A stretch of 64,000 nt of DNA, from positions 35,482 to 99,481 of the forward strand of contig CANRAY010000002.1 in NCBI GenBank assembly GCA_947628735.1, given 5' to 3'. Of the stretch, positions 56,616 to 64,000 are shown piece after piece. The translations under genes were made by a program, and so were the position numbers. Source of the stretch: an uncultured Clostridia bacterium. GTDB taxonomy: Bacteria; Bacillota; Clostridia; TANB77; CAG-508. The notes beneath the pieces were generated by a model. The model was not told the DNA's origin. It worked only from the letters and a program-made list of their open reading frames with translations, and ran no database searches. The first letter of the stretch is position 1; each line of letters starts with the position of its first letter.

Positions 56616-58481
56616 TTATCTAATTCTCATTGCATTTAATACTGTTAAAAGTGTTACTCCTACATCAGCAAATACAGCAAGCCAAATAGGTGCATATCCT
56701 ATTATTCCTAGTATTAAAACTATTACTTTTGTTATTAATGAAAATGCAATGTTAATTTTCATAACTTTCATTGTTTTTTTACTTATTTTTATGCTATTTG
56801 CAATAGTATTTAGATTATTAGATATTAATATACTATCTGCTGTATCACTTGCTATTTCTGTACCTTCCCCCATTGATATACTAAAATCTGCAGTTGCCAA
56901 AACAGGACTATCATTGATTCCATCTCCTACAAATATTGTTTTTCCTTCTTTTTTTAGTTCTTCAATTTTCTCTAATTTATCTTTTGGAAGCAATCCTGCA
57001 TATATTTCTTGTATGTTTAATTCTTTTCCAATTTTCTTAGCATTTTTTTCATTATCACCAGTTAGCATTGCAATTCTTTTAATACCTAATTTTGATAGTT
57101 CATTTTCTAAGCTTTCTATGTTATTTCTTACTTCTTCTTTTAATGAAATATTGCCTATTATTTCATTATTTACAACAAGATAGTTTTTATTCTCTTGTAA
57201 TTTTTTATAAGGAATTTCATATTTTTCTAATAGCTTTTTATTTCCAAAAAGTACGAACTTTGACTCTACTTTTCCACATATTCCACATCCTGCAATTTCT
57301 TTGTAATCTTTTACTTCTTCTAATTTTATAGAATCATTTTTTTCTTTTATTTTTTCTATAATACTGTTTGCAATAGGATGTGATGAATTAACTTCTAATG
57401 CATATACATATTTCAAAATTTCTTCTTCTGTATGATTTTCACTAACTTCTATTTTATCTATTTTCATTTTTCCAGTTGTTAGTGTACCAGTTTTATCAAA
57501 GGCTATAATTTTTGACTTTGATAAATCTTCTATATGTTTTGTTCCTTTTATTAAAATGCCTTTTCTAGAAATTGATCCTAAGCAATTATACAATGCTAAT
57601 GGTATTGATATAACGATACTACATGGACATGCTGCTACTAAAAATACAAGTCCCCTTGTTATCCAAACTGACATATCAAATCCTATAATACTTGGAATTA
57701 CTGCAATTAGCACTGCTAATATTATAACAATTGGTGTATATATTTTTGAAAATTTAGTAATAAATTCTTCTGTTTTTCCTTTATTGTTTTGTGCTTCATA
57801 TACTAAATCTACAATTTGAGAAGCTGTTGAATCTTCAAATGTTTTTTCTACAGTTGCTATTAATTTTCCATCAAGATTAATTATTCCAGATTTTAATTCA
57901 GCTTTTGCTTCTACTGTAATTGGAATACTTTCTCCTGTGATATTGGAAGTATCTATGCTAGAATTACCTGAAATCACTTTACAATCTACAGGTACTATTT
58001 CTCCAGGTTTTATTAATATACTATCTCCTATTTTTAATTCTTTTACATCTACAACTTTTATTTCTTCTCCGTTTATTAGATTAGCATTGGTTGCTTTAAT
58101 ATCTACTATTTTTTGTATACTTTGATTTGATTTATTAACCGCTTTTTCTTCTATTATTTCTCCTAATTTATACAATAAAATTACTAGACAAGCTTCTGTA
58201 AATTCTCCTAAAATATATGCTGAAATTATTGCTATTGTCATTAATGTATCTTCTTCAAAATTGAGTTTAAAAATATTTTTTATCCCTTCAAATAGTATTT
58301 CATATCCTGCTAGTAAAATTGTATCAAGATATAGCAATGTCGTAACATAGCTTGGGAGATTTGGTATAAATGTAATCAAAAATGTTATTATTGCAATGAT
58401 ATATAATAAAGTTTCTATTGAGTGTTTTTTCTTTTCTTTATTTTGCTCCATTTGCTTCATCTCCTTCTTGTATATGCGCAA
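56616..58481 (-). CDS. Heavy-metal translocating P1B-type ATPase (Cd/Zn/Co-type, CadA-like) lacking an N-terminal HMA domain
   Basis: CPC motif (ACPCSIVIS), DKTGTLT, SSHPIA (HP motif) and VGDGINDSPVLA. There is no CxxC metal-binding domain at the N-terminus. The start is ambiguous (58481, 58460 or 58451) and overlaps the arsR-family gene. Confidence 0.85.
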   Translation of the reverse strand: MRIYKKEMKQMEQNKEKKKHSIETLLYIIAIITFLITFIPNLPSYVTTLLYLDTILLAGYEILFEGIKNIFKLNFEEDTLMTIAIISAYILGEFTEACLVILLYKLGEIIEEKAVNKSNQSIQKIVDIKATNANLINGEEIKVVDVKELKIGDSILIKPGEIVPVDCKVISGNSSIDTSNITGESIPITVEAKAELKSGIINLDGKLIATVEKTFEDSTASQIVDLVYEAQNNKGKTEEFITKFSKIYTPIVIILAVLIAVIPSIIGFDMSVWITRGLVFLVAACPCSIVISIPLALYNCLGSISRKGILIKGTKHIEDLSKSKIIAFDKTGTLTTGKMKIDKIEVSENHTEEEILKYVYALEVNSSHPIANSIIEKIKEKNDSIKLEEVKDYKEIAGCGICGKVESKFVLFGNKKLLEKYEIPYKKLQENKNYLVVNNEIIGNISLKEEVRNNIESLENELSKLGIKRIAMLTGDNEKNAKKIGKELNIQEIYAGLLPKDKLEKIEELKKEGKTIFVGDGINDSPVLATADFSISMGEGTEIASDTADSILISNNLNTIANSIKISKKTMKVMKINIAFSLITKVIVLILGIIGYAPIWLAVFADVGVTLLTVLNAMRIR

Positions 58482-58818
58482 GTGCCATTTTGATAATACT
58501 TTCTATATGTTCATCTTTTAAACTATAATATACTTGTTTTCCTTCTTTTCTATATTTTACAAGTTTACTGCTCCTTAATAATTGTAATTGATGTGAAACT
58601 GCTGACTGGTTTAGTTGTAATAATTCGCATAAGTCGCATACACATAATTCTGTATTTAATATTGCACAGATTATACGTAATCTAGTTTCATCTGCGAATA
58701 ATTTAAATATTTCTGATAAATTTTGCATATCTTCTCTATTAATACTTGATAATTTTACCTGATTAATTAATTGATAATGTGGGTAATTTTCTTGACATAT
58801 TAATTCTTCTTCTCTCAT
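58438..58818 (-). CDS. ArsR/SmtB-family metalloregulator (CadC/CzrA-like)
   Basis: Preferred start is MREEELICQ at 58818, with AAAGGA upstream. Signatures are LFADETRLRIICAILNTELCVCDLCELLQLNQSAVSHQLQLLR (ELCVCDL metal site plus HTH). Confidence 0.85.
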   Translation of the reverse strand: MREEELICQENYPHYQLINQVKLSSINREDMQNLSEIFKLFADETRLRIICAILNTELCVCDLCELLQLNQSAVSHQLQLLRSSKLVKYRKEGKQVYYSLKDEHIESIIKMALAHIQEGDEANGAK

Positions 58819-58837
58819 TATTTTATTCCTTTCTAAC

Positions 58838-58857
58838 ATATGAGCATATGTTCATAT
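58838..58857. promoter_or_regulatory. Candidate ArsR/SmtB-type operator (imperfect 10-0-10 palindrome with three CATATG units)
   Basis: ATATGAGCAT|ATGTTCATAT has one mismatch to perfect dyad symmetry. It lies 20-40 nt upstream of the preferred regulator start codon. Confidence 0.5.
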
Positions 58858-58906
58858 GTATATTATTATAATATTCCCTTTATATAAAAATGTCAATACA
58901 TTTTTG

Positions 58907-58948
58907 AAAAAAAGAAAGTCATGAACTTTTTGATCGTTCATGACTTTC
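58907..58948 (-). terminator. Rho-independent terminator after tsf
   Basis: Perfect 13-bp stem gaaagtcatgaac (58914-58926) / gttcatgactttc (58936-58948), with a T-run on the minus strand. Confidence 0.8.
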
Positions 58949-58961
58949 AAATTCTTATTTA

Positions 58962-59843
58962 TTATCCATTTATTTGTTTTGCAACTTCTTCAGCAAAGTT
59001 TTCTTGTCTTTTTTCTAATCCTTCACCTTTTTCAAATCTTGCAAATCTTACTATCTTGCTTCCTTTTGATTCTACTAGTTTTCCAACTTTAATATCTGGG
59101 TCTTTTACAAATTCTTGCTCTACTAAGCATATTTCTCCATAGAATTTTCCGATTCTTCCTAATACTATCTTTTCTGCTATTTCAGCTGGTTTTCCTTCAT
59201 TCATAGCTTGTGCTTTTAGGATTTCCATTTCTTTGTCTACTCTTTCTTGTGGAACTGCATCTCTATCTAAATATTCTGGTCTTGCTGCTGCAATTTGCAT
59301 ACATACATCTTTTGCAAGATCTTTTGTTCCATTTTCCATTTCCACTAAAACAGCGATTTTTCCTTCTCCATGGATATAGCTTTCAATTAAATTGTTTGAT
59401 TCAAATCTTTCAAATCTTCTAATTGACATATTTTCTCCAATTGTTGCAATTTTATTTGTTAATACTTCTTGTACAGTTTTATCTAGTTCTGCAATTGAAG
59501 GTTGTGCTAATAATTCTTCTACATTTGCTGGATTTTTTTCAGCTACTTGTTTTGCAACATCTGCAACAAATTTCTTGAATTCATCATTTTTTGCAACGAA
59601 ATCTGTTTCTGCATTTACTTCAACAACAGTTCCTACTTTTCCATCTTCAGAAATATATGTTGTTACTAAGCCTTCTGCTGCGATTCTATCTGATTTTTTA
59701 GCAGCTTTTGCAATTCCTCTTTCACGTAATAATTCAATTGCTTTTTCAAAATCTCCATCTGTTTCTGTTAAAACTTTTTTGCAGTCCATCATTCCTGCAC
59801 CTGTTTTTTCTCTTAACTCTTTTACTTGGTTTGCTGTAATCAT
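58962..59843 (-). CDS. tsf: Elongation factor Ts
   Basis: MITANQVKELREKTGAGMMDCKKVLTETDGDFEKAIELLRERG is the canonical EF-Ts UBA-like N-terminus. Located downstream of rpsB. Confidence 0.95.
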   Translation of the reverse strand: MITANQVKELREKTGAGMMDCKKVLTETDGDFEKAIELLRERGIAKAAKKSDRIAAEGLVTTYISEDGKVGTVVEVNAETDFVAKNDEFKKFVADVAKQVAEKNPANVEELLAQPSIAELDKTVQEVLTNKIATIGENMSIRRFERFESNNLIESYIHGEGKIAVLVEMENGTKDLAKDVCMQIAAARPEYLDRDAVPQERVDKEMEILKAQAMNEGKPAEIAEKIVLGRIGKFYGEICLVEQEFVKDPDIKVGKLVESKGSKIVRFARFEKGEGLEKRQENFAEEVAKQING

Positions 59844-59920
59844 AAAATTCCCTCCTATATAAAAATAAGGAGTAAGAGCAGATAATAAAAAAGCTCTCCT
59901 CCTTGTTATTTTTTTCTTTA

Positions 59921-60736
59921 TTATTCTTCTGTTGTAGTTTCTTCTGAAGCTTCTTCGCTTGCTTTTTCTTCTTCAGCTGCTACAACTTCTTCCATACTTT
60001 CAGGTTCTTTTTCTTCAGCTACTTCTTCTGCTGTTTCAACAGTTTCCATAGACTCACCTTGTTTTCCTTCAACAACTGCATTTGCCATACAATCTGCAAT
60101 TAATTTTACAGCACGAATTGCATCATCATTTCCTGGAATTGCGTAATCTACTTCTTCTGGATTACAGTTTGTATCAATTAATCCTATTACTGGAATTCCT
60201 AATTTTCTAGCTTCTAATATTCCTATTCTTTCTTTTTTAGGATCTACGATGAACATTACTCCTGGAAGTTCTGTCATCTCTTTAATTCCACCTAGGTTCT
60301 TTTCTAATTTTTCCATTTCTTTTTTAAGTAGAATAACTTCTTTTTTAGGTAATACATCAAAAGTTCCATCTTCTTGCATTGTTTCTAATTGTTTTAATCT
60401 TTCTACTCTTGTTCTAATTGTTTTGAAGTTTGTTAATGTACCACCTAACCATCTTTGATTAACATAGTACATACCGCATTTTTCAGCTGCTTCTTTTACA
60501 CATTCTTGTGCTTGTTTTTTTGTTCCTACAAATAGAACTGTTTTTCCTTCTTCTACTTGTTCTTTTAAGAAAGCATATGCTTCATCTAATTTTTTTGATG
60601 TCTTTTGTAAATCGATGATATGGATACCATTTCTAGCTTGGAATATGTATTCAGCCATTTTAGGATCCCATCTTCTTGTTTGATGTCCAAAGTGAACACC
60701 TGCTTCTAGTAATTGTTTCATTGCAACTACTGCCAT
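59921..60736 (-). CDS. rpsB: 30S ribosomal protein S2 with an acidic C-terminal extension
   Basis: [22 protein letters not shown] signature, and a C-terminal Glu-rich tail of about 40 aa. Confidence 0.95.
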   Translation of the reverse strand: MAVVAMKQLLEAGVHFGHQTRRWDPKMAEYIFQARNGIHIIDLQKTSKKLDEAYAFLKEQVEEGKTVLFVGTKKQAQECVKEAAEKCGMYYVNQRWLGGTLTNFKTIRTRVERLKQLETMQEDGTFDVLPKKEVILLKKEMEKLEKNLGGIKEMTELPGVMFIVDPKKERIGILEARKLGIPVIGLIDTNCNPEEVDYAIPGNDDAIRAVKLIADCMANAVVEGKQGESMETVETAEEVAEEKEPESMEEVVAAEEEKASEEASEETTTEE

Positions 60737-60783
60737 TTTTATTTCCTCCTTTTTGTTTTACCTCCACAAAGCCTCTAACATTT

Positions 60784-60816
60784 AAAAAGACTTGCTTTAA
60801 AATATTTTAAAACAAG
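60784..60816 (-). terminator. Probable terminator after the fur-family gene
   Basis: Stem cttgcttt (60791-60798) / aaaacaag (60809-60816) with one mismatch, and a T-rich run on the minus strand. Confidence 0.4.
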
Positions 60817-60896
60817 CACTTCTTTTTAAACTAAGCTTGTGTGTGTATTTTTTAACGGTATTATTATATCAGATAACTCGCTAAATTGCAATACTT

Positions 60897-61307
60897 TTAC
60901 ACTACTTTTTTTACTATATTTTTACATCTTTTACATAATCCTGTTAGGTATATTTCTGAATTCTCATATTCAGCTTCTACCTCTCCAGATAATTTTTTCA
61001 TAATTGAATACATTTGTTTAATTTGTGTCTCAGTTAAATATATGTCTATAAAATCTCCGCATTTTTTACATTCAAAATGAATATGTGGTAATTCATTTCC
61101 ATCATATCTGTCTGGTCCTGTTCTTGATTTTACTTTTATAATAAGACCTTCTTCACATAATTCTGTTAAATTACGATACACTGTTGCGATACCTAATTCT
61201 GGCATTTGCTTTTTTAGATCCATAAATAGTTTTTCAGCAGTTGGATGATCTTTTCTTGATTTTAAAGATTCTAATATAATTTCTCTTTGTTTACTATATT
61301 TTTTCAT
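60897..61307 (-). CDS. fur: Fur-family transcriptional regulator
   Basis: Winged helix (ATVYRNLTELCEEGLI), HIHFECKKCG and the C-terminal CKRC zinc-site cysteines. A perfect Fur-type 7-1-7 box in its own promoter favours Fur over PerR or Zur. Confidence 0.75.
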   Translation of the reverse strand: MKKYSKQREIILESLKSRKDHPTAEKLFMDLKKQMPELGIATVYRNLTELCEEGLIIKVKSRTGPDRYDGNELPHIHFECKKCGDFIDIYLTETQIKQMYSIMKKLSGEVEAEYENSEIYLTGLCKRCKNIVKKVV

Positions 61308-61366
61308 GTTAACTTCTCCTTTTTAAGTTTTTTCATCATAACTTAAATAGATATGTTAGCCGTTTT

Positions 61367-61381
61367 TGATAATGATTATCA
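61367..61381. promoter_or_regulatory. Perfect Fur 7-1-7 box (TGATAAT-G-ATTATCA)
   Basis: Exact match to the Bacillus-type Fur 7-1-7 consensus TGATAATNATTATCA. It abuts a minus-strand TATAAT (61381-61386), about 60-75 nt upstream of the fur start. Confidence 0.75.
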
Positions 61382-61523
61382 TTATAATATATTATTTTTT
61401 TATTCTTTGCAAGTTTTTTTGCAAATGTCATAAAAATGTAATATTTTTTTTGTTTATTTTTGTCATAATTTGTGATAGAATGTTATGTGTGAATATAATG
61501 TACAAATGAAAGGATGATAAATC

Positions 61524-61766
61524 ATGCAGTTCAATAGATGTAGTCGTTGTGGATGTTTTTTTGTATCTGATGGTGATGTATGTCCAAAATGTCAACCAAA
61601 AGATAATTATGAAATGAATCAATTAAAAAGCTTTTTAGAAGAATCTCCTATGAATTCTTCTATTCAAGATATTTCTATAAATACAGGTATTACAGAGAAA
61701 AATTTACATAGATTTTTTAGTTATGATGATTTTATAGGAGATAATAATCATCCAACTACTTTATAA
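61524..61766 (+). CDS. Small zinc-ribbon protein (YvyF/TIGR03826-like)
   Basis: MQFNRCSRCGCFFVSDGDVCPKCQ is a four-Cys ribbon. It is followed by a helical segment ...ISINTGITEKNLHRFF, as in that family. Divergent from fur. Confidence 0.4.
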   Translation: MQFNRCSRCGCFFVSDGDVCPKCQPKDNYEMNQLKSFLEESPMNSSIQDISINTGITEKNLHRFFSYDDFIGDNNHPTTL

Positions 61767-61795
61767 AAATATAAAATATATTTAAATGGAAAATA

Positions 61796-61845
61796 GCTCT
61801 AGTTATTAATCAAATTCGTTTAATAACTAGAGCATTATTTTATTT
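61796..61845. terminator. Bidirectional terminator between the zinc-ribbon gene and pdp
   Basis: Perfect 13-bp stem gctctagttatta (61796-61808) / taataactagagc (61821-61833), followed by a T-rich run. Confidence 0.7.
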
Positions 61846-61870
61846 CAAACTTTTTTATTATTTACAAATC

Positions 61871-63127
61871 TTATTTTATTTCATATGTATCTTGCAATTT
61901 TCTTACTGCTTCTTTTCCCTTTTCTTCATCATTTGCATGAATATATGCTATAATTTCTCCTTCTGTTATACTATCTCCTATTTTTCTATTTAAAATAATT
62001 CCTACACTTGGATCTATTTTATCTTCTTTTTTTATTCTACCTGCTCCTAGTTCAACTGATATTTTTCCAACTTGTTCAGCTTTTAAACTTTTAACAATTC
62101 CTGTTTTATTTGATATAACTGGAAGAATATATTTAGCTGTTTCAAATTTTTCTAAGTTTTCTATATATGAAACGTCTCCACCTTGATGTTGAACTAGTTC
62201 TTTTAATTTTTGATATGCTTTTCCGTTTGAAATTGTCTCTTTTATTTTTTGTTTATTTTCTTCTAAATCTTCTCCTTTTCCTGCTAATTTCAGCATATTA
62301 CTTCCTAATTCTAATATTACTTCTTGTACATCTTTTTCCCCATTTCCTTTTAAGAATTCTACCGCTTCTTTTACTTCTAATATGTTTCCAATGTTCTTTC
62401 CTAATGGTTGTTCCATTGATGTTAAAATACATATTGTTTCTCTACCTGAAATTTCTCCTATTTTTTGCATTGTATCTGCTAACTTTTGTGCATCTGCCTT
62501 AGTTTTCATAAATGCTCCGCTTCCATAAGTAACATCTAATACAATTTTATTAGCTCCTGCTGCTATTTTTTTGCTCATAATGCTTGAAGCAATAAGTGGA
62601 ATGCTTTCTGTTGCTGAAATACTATCTCTTAAAGCATATATTTTTTTGTCTGCTGGTGCTAAATTCATTGTTTGCCCTATTAAACTAATTCCAATTTCTT
62701 TTACATTTTCTTTAAACTGCTCTATTGATAAATTGGTTTTATATCCAGGAATTGATTCTAATTTGTCTATTGTTCCACCTGTATATCCTAATCCTCTTCC
62801 TGACATTTTTGCTACAGGTATTCCAAGAGAACTAATAATAGGAGCTAAAATTAATGTTACTTTATCTCCTACTCCTCCTGTACTATGCTTATCTACCACT
62901 GTTCCTAATTCTGATAAATCTAAAATATCTCCTGAGTGCGCCATTGCCATTGTTAAATTTGTTATTTCTTCTTCATTCATTCCATTAATGTAAATTGCCA
63001 TAATTAGAGCTGCTGCTTGGTAATCTGTAATCTCTTCTTCAGTATATGATTTTATAAAATATTCTATTTCTTCCTTTTCTAATATTTGATTATCTCTTTT
63101 TTTTGCAATTATTTCTTGTATATTCAT
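61871..63127 (-). CDS. pdp: Pyrimidine-nucleoside (thymidine) phosphorylase
   Basis: II.KKRDNQ.L...EI..FI, VDKHSTGGVGDKVTL and AKMSGRGLGYTGGTIDKLESIPG motifs. Confidence 0.9.
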   Translation of the reverse strand: MNIQEIIAKKRDNQILEKEEIEYFIKSYTEEEITDYQAAALIMAIYINGMNEEEITNLTMAMAHSGDILDLSELGTVVDKHSTGGVGDKVTLILAPIISSLGIPVAKMSGRGLGYTGGTIDKLESIPGYKTNLSIEQFKENVKEIGISLIGQTMNLAPADKKIYALRDSISATESIPLIASSIMSKKIAAGANKIVLDVTYGSGAFMKTKADAQKLADTMQKIGEISGRETICILTSMEQPLGKNIGNILEVKEAVEFLKGNGEKDVQEVILELGSNMLKLAGKGEDLEENKQKIKETISNGKAYQKLKELVQHQGGDVSYIENLEKFETAKYILPVISNKTGIVKSLKAEQVGKISVELGAGRIKKEDKIDPSVGIILNRKIGDSITEGEIIAYIHANDEEKGKEAVRKLQDTYEIK

Positions 63128-63151
63128 AATATTTCACACTCCATATTTGCT

Positions 63152-63808
63152 TTAAATAAAATTCTTAATAAATGTTTTTCTATGTAATGGTGATGGTCCA
63201 TATTCTTTAATTGCTGCTATATGAAGAGCTGTACCATATCCTTTGTGCTTTTCAAATCCATATTGAGGATATACTTCGTCCCATTGTCTCATGATTCTAT
63301 CTCTGGTGACTTTTGCTATAATTGACGCTGCTGCTATTGAATAACTTTTTGCATCTCCTTTAATAATAGATCTATATGAAATTCCATCTGTATTAATTTT
63401 TGTAAGAGCATCTACTAAAATGATATCTGGTTTTTCAAATCCTCTTTTTTTCTCTTGTAAATCTTTTTCTAACTCCTTTATAGAGATTGTTAATCCTTCT
63501 TTTGTTGCATTTAATATATTTATTTCATCAATTCTCTTTTGATCAATAATTCCTACTCCATATGCAATTGCTTCTTCTTTAATTTGTTCATATAAAATTT
63601 CTCTTTTTTTCTCAGATACTTTTTTTGAATCATTGACTCCTTCTATCATTGAATTCTGTGGCATAATAACACTTGCTACTACTACGGGTCCTGCTAATGG
63701 TCCTCTTCCTGCTTCATCTATACCACATATACTTGTTATTCCTTGGCTATATAACTCTTTTTCTATTTTTTGTATTTCATTTAGTCTTTCTAGTTCTTTT
63801 TCTTTCAC
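63152..63808 (-). CDS. rnhB: Ribonuclease HII
   Basis: ICGIDEAGRGPLAGPVVVASV (DEAGRG motif), DSKK, and KGDAKSYSIAAASIIAKVTRD. GTG start. Confidence 0.9.
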   Translation of the reverse strand: MKEKELERLNEIQKIEKELYSQGITSICGIDEAGRGPLAGPVVVASVIMPQNSMIEGVNDSKKVSEKKREILYEQIKEEAIAYGVGIIDQKRIDEINILNATKEGLTISIKELEKDLQEKKRGFEKPDIILVDALTKINTDGISYRSIIKGDAKSYSIAAASIIAKVTRDRIMRQWDEVYPQYGFEKHKGYGTALHIAAIKEYGPSPLHRKTFIKNFI

Positions 63809-63811
63809 TTT

Positions 63812-64000
63812 TTATTCCTCTTCTTTTTCGTTTTTTACTTCTTCCTTTACGTCTTCTTTTTCTTCCTGATCTTCTTTTATTTCTGTTTTATCTAATACTA
63901 GTTCTTTTCCTATATTTTCAATATCTGATAATGTATACCATACATTTCCATTGTTGTCTGTAACTCCGTTTGTATAAATTACTTCTGCTGTTTCATAATC
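63812..64000 (-). CDS. C-terminal fragment of an unidentified protein; the gene starts beyond the window end
   Basis: The open minus-strand frame ends ...NGNVWYTLSDIENIGKELVLDKTEIKEDQEEKEDVKEEVKNEKEEE, with the stop at 63812-63814. No motif recognised. Confidence 0.3.
   Translation of the reverse strand, partial: DYETAEVIYTNGVTDNNGNVWYTLSDIENIGKELVLDKTEIKEDQEEKEDVKEEVKNEKEEE

Noticed and set aside
1-64000. A search by eye for CRISPR arrays, rRNA, IS elements or transposases, integrases, reverse transcriptases, and large direct repeats.
   Set aside because: I found no regularly spaced repeats, no rRNA-like G+C-rich blocks, and no ORF with DDE, tyrosine-recombinase, serine-recombinase or RT motifs. 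Their absence cannot be proven without computational repeat detection.

Overview
The window is AT-rich, with most 60-nt lines I hand-counted at about 22-32% GC. It looks like chromosomal DNA from an endospore-forming Firmicute of the Clostridia type, and most genes lie on the minus strand. The housekeeping and sporulation backbone is clear: rpsF-ssb-rpsR, a spoIVFA-like/spoIVFB pair, yyaC, spo0A, spoVB, hup, proS, scpB, trmB, rluB/rluD, tsf-rpsB, fur, pdp and rnhB. Also present are two P-type ATPases, a two-component system next to a sortase/surface-protein operon, an ABC exporter, an MscS channel and a tRNA-Leu(UAA). I saw no rRNA, CRISPR array, transposase or integrase.

The most unusual region is 42.17-45.25 kb, which abuts the 3' side of tRNA-Leu and is visibly richer in G+C (hand-counted lines 32-42%) with different codon choice.
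- It carries two translationally coupled paralogous genes of 387 and 427 aa. Each combines a small N-terminal domain, a strongly acidic low-complexity linker, a MazF/PemK-like barrel signature and a C-terminal helical domain resembling the Spo0A C-terminal DNA-binding domain. I do not recognise this architecture.
- A roughly 350-bp mini-module follows. Two inward-facing near-consensus promoters sit on either side of a 36-aa hydrophobic peptide gene and a short convergent RNA (or 21-aa ORF). The two transcripts share a bidirectional terminator and would start with the same roughly 34-nt leader, which forms an inverted repeat in the DNA.

Other notable points:
- A dlt-like cluster with an FkbH-type loader, ACP, MaoC, SDR, MBOAT and a DltD-like protein. 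The MBOAT gene is frameshifted.
- An M23 peptidase gene with two frameshifts. All three frameshifts in the window sit at rare CCG sites.
- Tandem Spo0A boxes upstream of the sortase operon.
- A thioester-type adhesin that ends at LPRTGY with no membrane tail.
- A pilin-like beta-helix protein lacking Glu5.
- An orphan VirD4-like coupling protein plus replication-relaxation gene pair.
- A perfect Fur 7-1-7 box and a CATATG-rich ArsR-type operator.

All functional calls rest on motif recognition by eye. No database search was run.
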